Shown one piece after another: positions 58,448-64,000 of a stretch of 64,000 nt of DNA (positions are counted from its first letter, which is position 1; each line of letters begins with the position of its first letter). Source of the DNA: a virus (lineage: Duplodnaviria; Caudoviricetes); the IMG/VR virus record IMGVR_UViG_3300033485_000007, positions 1 to 64,000 of that record; one strand, given 5' to 3'. The translations under genes were made by a program, and so were the position numbers. The notes beneath the pieces were generated by a model. That model was not told the origin of the DNA. It saw only the letters and a program-made list of their open reading frames with translations, and did not search any database.

Positions 58448-59094
58448 CCGGGTTGTTTTAGCGCGGCGGTCAATTGGGCGCGCTCGTCGGTAGTCCATGA
58501 GAACTTTGAGAGCGTCGACGCTGGATATGTAGCGCGTCCTTCATCGTTAAGTTTCCCAATGGCTTCCAGATGATCAGCGAGATTCCCGGCCGGTCTCTCG
58601 ATTGCCGCCTGAGCCTGGCTCGTTTGCTTGGGCTGTTTAGTGTCTGCGGTCTTAACGAGTCTACGCTCTTTCGGCTTCCGCTTCGGCAATTTGATGGTAA
58701 CGGACATGTCGCCGTCAATGTCTGGCGAACCGAGAACGCGAACCGCGTCGCACATCGCTCCCTTTGCGCCGCCCGGGTCTCGGTCGCGCTCGATGCACCA
58801 GGACACGCGCTTTCCAATCCATGCCTTCAGGACCTTGCCGAACATAGCCTTGAGGCAATCCCCGTTGGTCTTGTTGAGTTTGAACTGCATCGGCGTCTCG
58901 ACAAATGTCAGGATACCGGCGGGCTTATCAACTCCGTCGTCATCTGGAAGCGCTTCTAGGTCGTAATCCTTGATCGTTAGCGTTGGCTTATCAGTGCCAA
59001 ACAACGGCACGAATAGTCCAGATTTCAAGAATCGACCTGGGAACATTTCGTCCCAACACGTCGGTTTCGGTAGCATTTTTCGTTCAATCGCCAT
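58444..59094 (-). CDS. putative ssDNA-binding/annealing partner of the exonuclease
   Basis: FLKS..., TLTIK, L.F.E....LNKTN...L..MFG....W.GK.V pattern typical of proteins adjacent to phage exonucleases. Confidence 0.55.
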   Translation of the reverse strand: MAIERKMLPKPTCWDEMFPGRFLKSGLFVPLFGTDKPTLTIKDYDLEALPDDDGVDKPAGILTFVETPMQFKLNKTNGDCLKAMFGKVLKAWIGKRVSWCIERDRDPGGAKGAMCDAVRVLGSPDIDGDMSVTIKLPKRKPKERRLVKTADTKQPKQTSQAQAAIERPAGNLADHLEAIGKLNDEGRATYPASTLSKFSWTTDERAQLTAALKQPG

Positions 59095-60022
59095 CGGTAT
59101 TGTCCTTTGAGAAGTCCAGCTCCTCGTCTAATCCGTCTTCTGAATCGTGTCTAGCGAACTTGGGGATTTGGTACTTTAGTCGAACCTCGTTTGCCATTCC
59201 GGGGAAATCGTTATGAGCAATCGCGACCTTCAACTTCATCAGCCATTCCTGGTAATTGATCCGCCCCTCCTGAAGGTCCTCCTCGTCGAGCTCAAAAACG
59301 ATCGAATCGTGGATGTCACAAGACTCAACGGCGAGCACCAGCGTTTCCGGGTCGTCTTCGATATCGAATAGCGTGCGAAGTGCGTCGGCGTACCATGCCA
59401 TCCTGGAGTGGTACTGGAGCTTGGCAGCCTCGTGAAAGAATTTACCTGGTGAGATATCGCGAGCCGTTTTCAGGTCGCCGAATGACGGACGCCATCCGTC
59501 AGGAAGTTTGTCACCTGGCTTGACACGCTTCCCGTTGAGTCTACGAAGCCAGTCTATACGGCCCTTGCATAGGATGCCTGTTTCTCGGTCGACCCAAACG
59601 AGTACCACTTCCGTTTCGACGTCGCTGATTGCCTCGCGTGACCGTGGCTCCGCGTGAATCTCGTGCCGAATAGCGACCGCTTTGTTGTAGTCGTCGAGCT
59701 GGACGATTGTTTTACCAGGATTCGCCGCAACAAACGCGTTCCAATCGTCCCCGCGACGCGGCGACATCTTTGTCTTGCCGTCCTCGTCTGGCTTTGAGCG
59801 CTTGGTCCAGGGCACAAACTCGCGCGCGAACCGGTCTGGCTCGAGAACCGCGGCGTGTCCAGTCGTTCCGAGCGCGAGCGCCTTAGTGGCTCGCTTTGGG
59901 CACCGCTTATAGTGTTTTAGCGACTTGTTGATAAACGACAGTCTCGACACGTTCACCGCGTCGATTTGCTCGTACGCGTCAGGCGCTATCTCGTCTCTGT
60001 AGTACAGACCGATTCCAATCAT
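59084..60022 (-). CDS. PD-(D/E)XK exonuclease VIII-like (DUF3799)
   Basis: LGT..H..VLEP, E..L.W, CKGRID, DLKT, Y..R.AWY. Confidence 0.88.
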   Translation of the reverse strand: MIGIGLYYRDEIAPDAYEQIDAVNVSRLSFINKSLKHYKRCPKRATKALALGTTGHAAVLEPDRFAREFVPWTKRSKPDEDGKTKMSPRRGDDWNAFVAANPGKTIVQLDDYNKAVAIRHEIHAEPRSREAISDVETEVVLVWVDRETGILCKGRIDWLRRLNGKRVKPGDKLPDGWRPSFGDLKTARDISPGKFFHEAAKLQYHSRMAWYADALRTLFDIEDDPETLVLAVESCDIHDSIVFELDEEDLQEGRINYQEWLMKLKVAIAHNDFPGMANEVRLKYQIPKFARHDSEDGLDEELDFSKDNTDGD

Positions 60023-60023
60023 G

Positions 60024-60179
60024 CTACAATCTCCTTAAATCGTCACTTCCGCAACTAGGACACGTCACCTGATAGCACTCACAGCGCGCCGTGTCGAGTT
60101 CAGCAAACTCGGCAAAGCACGTCTGACATTCGAGCGTTAGATCATCCTCTGGCGGGTCGTAGTCGCCAGCGCCACGCAT
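60024..60179 (-). CDS. FmdB-like zinc-ribbon protein (51 aa)
   Basis: LECQTCFAEF...TCPSCGSDDLRRL; below the ORF-track length cutoff. Confidence 0.65.
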   Translation of the reverse strand: MRGAGDYDPPEDDLTLECQTCFAEFAELDTARCECYQVTCPSCGSDDLRRL

Positions 60180-60180
60180 T

Positions 60181-60381
60181 CTATCGGTGCGCACTGCCGA
60201 CCGCCTCCTGAGCGTCTAGGGCGAGCTTCCCGATGGCTTGGGCGCGCGGTATGTCGCCGCTATCGAGAGCCAGCAGAGCCGCCGTGGCGAGTCCGCGAGC
60301 AATGCACTCGGCCTGGAAAAGATCTGTGTGAATCAGGGCAAGCATTTGTTCGTATGCTATTTGGGCTTGGGATGGAGTCAT
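60181..60381 (-). CDS. hypothetical protein
   Basis: SD GAGGA. Confidence 0.55.
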   Translation of the reverse strand: MTPSQAQIAYEQMLALIHTDLFQAECIARGLATAALLALDSGDIPRAQAIGKLALDAQEAVGSAHR

Positions 60382-60885
60382 AATCCTCTACTCAGGAATC
60401 GTCTTTTGTTTGTGCCCAGTCACGGAGTCTAACCGTGTCAGTACGTCTGGGCTGGACCGGGCTTATCGCGCCCTTGCGTTACCGCTCTGACGCCAATCGT
60501 GGCCCCGGTACACGGCGGATGCGCCTCACGATTGGTTGTCTTAGTGTTACTGGCATAGCATTTGGTCCGTTTGGTTTTGGTCTGCTACCGGCGGGCGCAA
60601 CCCGCGCGCAATACCCAGCGTTACTCGATGCTGGTCATAAATCCTCTAGTGGTTCTTCCGGGCCATACCGCAGTCATCTCAGTCATCGCAATCCGTTGCC
60701 GATTGGACACCCGCCGGCACAATTGCCACGTGGTTGGCTTCGATTAATTTGGTTGGTATGTCAATGTTGGCGCAACCCTAAGGCATGGTTCCTCGCTTTC
60801 GTCTGGCAGCCTGTCACATTACAGGGCCCGGGAGAATGAACAATCAGCGTGGCCGATTACTCACTCTATCGGGCTCTGTATGGGC
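60382..60885 (-). ncRNA. candidate ~500-nt structured RNA / long leader
   Basis: No credible ORF on the operon strand. Helices 60493-60501/60527-60535 (9 bp), 60588-60595/60710-60717 (8 bp), 60653-60664/60825-60836 (11 of 12 bp), 60414-60419/60447-60452; GNRA loops; own promoter. Confidence 0.55.
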
Positions 60886-60889
60886 AATT

Positions 60890-60917
60890 ACTATAGCGCA
60901 ATCATGGCGGACGTCAA
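60890..60917 (-). promoter_or_regulatory. sigma70-type promoter
   Basis: TTGACG-N16-TATAGT. Confidence 0.65.
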
Positions 60918-61535
60918 CCTAAACTTGCTACGTCAACCTCTGATCCAATATCGAAGTCAGCCGATTCTTGTGTGACATCTCCGTCTGAGTCGCAAATAAT
61001 ATTCGTCATTACCTCGATCGTACAATCGTACGTAGCGAAAATTCTGCAACCAGGGTATCTACCAATAAGCTCGGCTAGGTCACGTTTGAATTCGAGTTCG
61101 ACCTGTTCCCTGGTTTTCATTTTGCCTCCGTAATCACACACTCGTCGATTCCCTCGCGAATTGAGAAGATATCGTACCCGAGTCGGGTCATCCTCAGAAA
61201 TACCTGAGCCGGCGTCAACAGCGTCTCCACTGGTCGCGTTGGCCGAACTCGTCGATAGGTGGACACGTCGCCAAGCATCCTATCGAACGACACCACGCGA
61301 TTCACGCGAGCACCACGCAAGCCTGAGCGAACACGTCCCGCGCGCTTGCACCAGACACGACAACGCGCTCGGTAGTGTCGTCGGTCTCTCGGTCGTACTC
61401 GGTTACGCGGATGTGTTTGCGACCGTTCTCGCCGGCCGAGAACGTGATCGTTTGACCTGGCCGTAGCGAGTCCAGGATCGCGAAGATTTGTTCGGCTTGC
61501 TGCGCCTTGAGTTCCGATAGTTGCTTGGTCAACAT
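60914..61535 (-). other. three small hypothetical ORFs (60914-61120, 61117-61320, 61302-61535)
   Basis: Coupled; preceded by a degenerate element-B promoter TTGCGC-N17-CACGCT (61560-61588). Confidence 0.55.
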
Positions 61536-61680
61536 CTGTGTCTCCTTGCTGATAGATACAGCGTGAAGCATTTCGCGTCGCGGCGCAAGGAGATTTTAAC
61601 TGGTGCGCGGATATAATCTCAACCTGTCGTATTTATTGGACTATCAGCGCTCCATTCTCAATTCGCGAATCCGGAACGCG

Positions 61681-62169
61681 TCACAGCTCCCGGGCTAACC
61701 GCCTCGCATCCCGCGCTCGCTTACGTGCCCATTCCGCTCCGCACGACACACCGCGTCCGCCAAGTGCCGCGTACGAGCACTCAAGCGAACTGGCGCGGTA
61801 GTATCGCGACAGCCACCGAAACGCGATGGTCTGCGATTCGACGGACGTGCCGCAGACCGAAGCCCATACCTCGGGATGTTCTGGCGCGCTGTGCAGTTGA
61901 ACAAGGCCCCTCGCGCGATGAGTTTTAGTCCGCTTGTCCCAGTCGCATTGACCAACTGGGCATCGACACTCTTGGACATCGCGCCGGAATGCGCTCTCGT
62001 GTTTCGCGTCGACCAAGAGAAACGCAGCAAGACCCGTATTCTCGCCCGCTATCGACTCGATAGCGGTCGCGATGTTGTCGAGCCGCGCGAATCTGTTCCT
62101 GTTGGATTCGTCGGAATCGTATGGCGACACCGGTTGCGAAATGAGCCAAAGTAGAATTGCGAGTTTCAT
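61681..62169 (-). CDS. lysozyme-like/lytic transglycosylase fold protein with hydrophobic N-terminus
   Basis: A.HES.F and GLVQL motifs; MKLAILLWLISQP signal-like start. Confidence 0.65.
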   Translation of the reverse strand: MKLAILLWLISQPVSPYDSDESNRNRFARLDNIATAIESIAGENTGLAAFLLVDAKHESAFRRDVQECRCPVGQCDWDKRTKTHRARGLVQLHSAPEHPEVWASVCGTSVESQTIAFRWLSRYYRASSLECSYAALGGRGVSCGAEWARKRARDARRLAREL

Positions 62170-62561
62170 CGTTTTGCCACCACATGGTTATGGGTTAGCC
62201 GCGCCATTGTCGGCCAATCGCCGCGCTCCCAGATTTCTTTCGCCTCACCCGTTAGAACTCTATCCGGAACATAGACACCAGTCCGTCGCATTGCGCCTGA
62301 TTTTGACTCACCGATATCGGTATAGCACACGCAATAATCGACGACTCTGGACAACTCGTCGCGCAGTTTGAGCCCAATCTCGCGACCTGTCCGGCCGCCA
62401 TACGATTCACAGTGCTCTGGTAGAGCCAACGGGTAAAGAGCATGGCTAGCTAGCGGGGCTTCACCGCGGAGAATTGAGTCTAGTAGGCAACACGCAAGAT
62501 ACCGTAACGCGTCTTCATTCCCCGCGTACGGACTCTCGATTAGAACCATATCGATTGTCAT
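62166..62561 (-). CDS. DUF7768-like protein
   Basis: VLIESPYAG...Y...C..DS..RGEAPLASH.LY. Confidence 0.7.
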   Translation of the reverse strand: MTIDMVLIESPYAGNEDALRYLACCLLDSILRGEAPLASHALYPLALPEHCESYGGRTGREIGLKLRDELSRVVDYCVCYTDIGESKSGAMRRTGVYVPDRVLTGEAKEIWERGDWPTMARLTHNHVVAKR

Positions 62562-63885
62562 GCCGCACCTACTACCGCACTTCGCCACCCGCCGCAACCG
62601 GGCGCGCCAATCGCACACGGTCGCCACTGTCCATCGACGTGAATCTCGAAATGCCCACCAGTCGGGGACACGCGAGCCTGAATCCAACTACCATCGGAGC
62701 ACGAGCGAATTTCGACCGTAGCTCCTCCAGATAGCACACGTAACATGTCAAGAAAACTTTCGCGTGTCATAATGTAGAAATTCTCCTTGCCGCGTCGAAT
62801 ACAAAGAACAGGACGGTTGCGGCTGCTATAGCCGACCCGATTATCGTTTCGGTCATTCGTCGTAGTCCATTCCGTAATCTGGTAGCTCGCTCGGCTTTAT
62901 CGTACCATCCTCAACGATGGCGATTAGGCAATCGAAAGAGCGACCTGGCCGAATGTTACGGCCTGGTGATATTCGTTTTGGGTTACGCCGCCTTGAATTC
63001 GCCAATCTGCTCGAACTTGCTGCCGTTCGAAGCCTTCCAAACGGACACATTAGCACACCCCTTGCCGACCGCAACCTCGACGTCCGCCTTGAGTTGCGCC
63101 GCTGCCATCGCTACGAGCTCCGGAACCGCATCGCCATCGAACGGTATGACCCAGCTGAAGGTGCCCCCGTGTCGATATTGCCGCTCGGGTGCGATGGCTG
63201 CCAGTTTCTTGACACGTCGCTGATACGTTAGCGCGCATACGCCGACGTCTCCATCGTCGTCAGATTGCTCAACCTTGGCGTGTACCTTGATGTAGTTATT
63301 AGCCATTTATTCCTCCGTAGCCTCTTTCGCGACCGGGATATAGTAGCGCGTTCCACGCTTCTGTCCAATGGAATTTGCGCCAATTCGACGCAATGACTTA
63401 CTTGTCACCTCGGTCGAAAGGTCGCAATCTTTCGCAAGCTTACCAACCGTGAGCGCGGAATCCTCGTCGTCGATTCCTGATAGCGCACGGCGGACGATGA
63501 CGTCAATGGTCGCGTCGTCGTACGGCTGCTCCACGATTGCGTCGGGGCAAACCGGCGCGTTGTCTTCCGCTGGCTCGACCCGTACATCGTCGATGAGTTC
63601 CGGATTGAGTTCCGGTTCCGCGTTGCCGATCGCCACATTGAATGCGTTCATCGCATCAATGTACGCCACCCACTCTGCACTTTGCGTGAGCTCAAACTTG
63701 GCAAGGCTGAGGCGTTTTGCGGCGTTAGAAATTTCGGATGCTGTTACTTGATTTTGGTTGGTCATGTTGTCTTCTATTCTCCAGTTGTTTACGATTCCAA
63801 TAGCATCGGCGACGCTGCGCGCCACTTCCACTCGTACGTTGTTTTTCTTTGCTTTTGCGTGCCAAGTGAGTTGCTCTTGGCTCAA
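62558..63885 (-). other. hypothetical ORFs (62558-62770, 62767-62856 single TM, 62983-63306, 63307-63885 with C-terminal wHTH-like segment)
   Basis: Co-oriented ORFs; LTVGKLAKDCDLSTEVTSKSLRRI in the last. Confidence 0.55.
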
Positions 63886-64000
63886 CTCCGTTTTGTCTTT
63901 AATCTCGATGAATCCGAGACCAGTCCATACGTCCGGCGTTCCAGCGCTAGCGGCGTGGAGAAAACCACCGTGACGAAGTGGAACAATTCCAGACTGAATC

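Noticed and set aside
60414-60445. Resemblance of - strand ACTGACACGGTTAGACTCC to a 16S rRNA segment
   Set aside because: Short and gapped, with no flanking rRNA similarity; likely chance.
60435-60839. 134-aa + strand ORF
   Set aside because: Antisense to the operon, no SD, atypical composition; overlaps the structured region.
62728-62751. TTGACA...TATCTG promoter on - strand
   Set aside because: Spacer is only 12 nt and the site lies inside a coupled ORF.

Overview
The window is most of the genome of a tailed dsDNA phage with a contractile tail. Its head and tail genes are Mu-family (DUF935 portal, Mu-I protease/scaffold, sheath, tube, gp43/44/45/46/47/48), but packaging uses a Terminase_6-type terminase and no transposase, integrase or replicative polymerase/helicase is visible. 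Layout: + strand accessory genes (1-6 kb: RtcB, DenV, AAA ATPase, tRNA-Ser); + strand packaging/head/tail operon (6-34.3 kb); an inserted - strand block of early-type small genes (34.3-39.5 kb); a displaced + strand spike/lysis module (39.6-43.9 kb); and a long - strand early region (44-64 kb) with RNA-end-processing enzymes, DUF5131, ASCH, an exonuclease and many small ORFs separated by reiterated regulatory elements. Main observations: (1) a >=520-nt structured RNA whose nested long-range helices enclose a CCA-less tRNA-Ser(GCU), in a genome that also encodes RtcB, a CCA-adding enzyme, an RlaP-type NTase, a cREC domain and a further NTase; (2) a second ~500-nt promoter-driven structured non-coding region; (3) three families of repeated intergenic elements; (4) a protease N-terminus that copies a capsid-protein motif; (5) a P2-type -1 frameshift in the tail chaperone. 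All family assignments come from motif recognition by eye; no searches or folding programs were run, and the host is undetermined.
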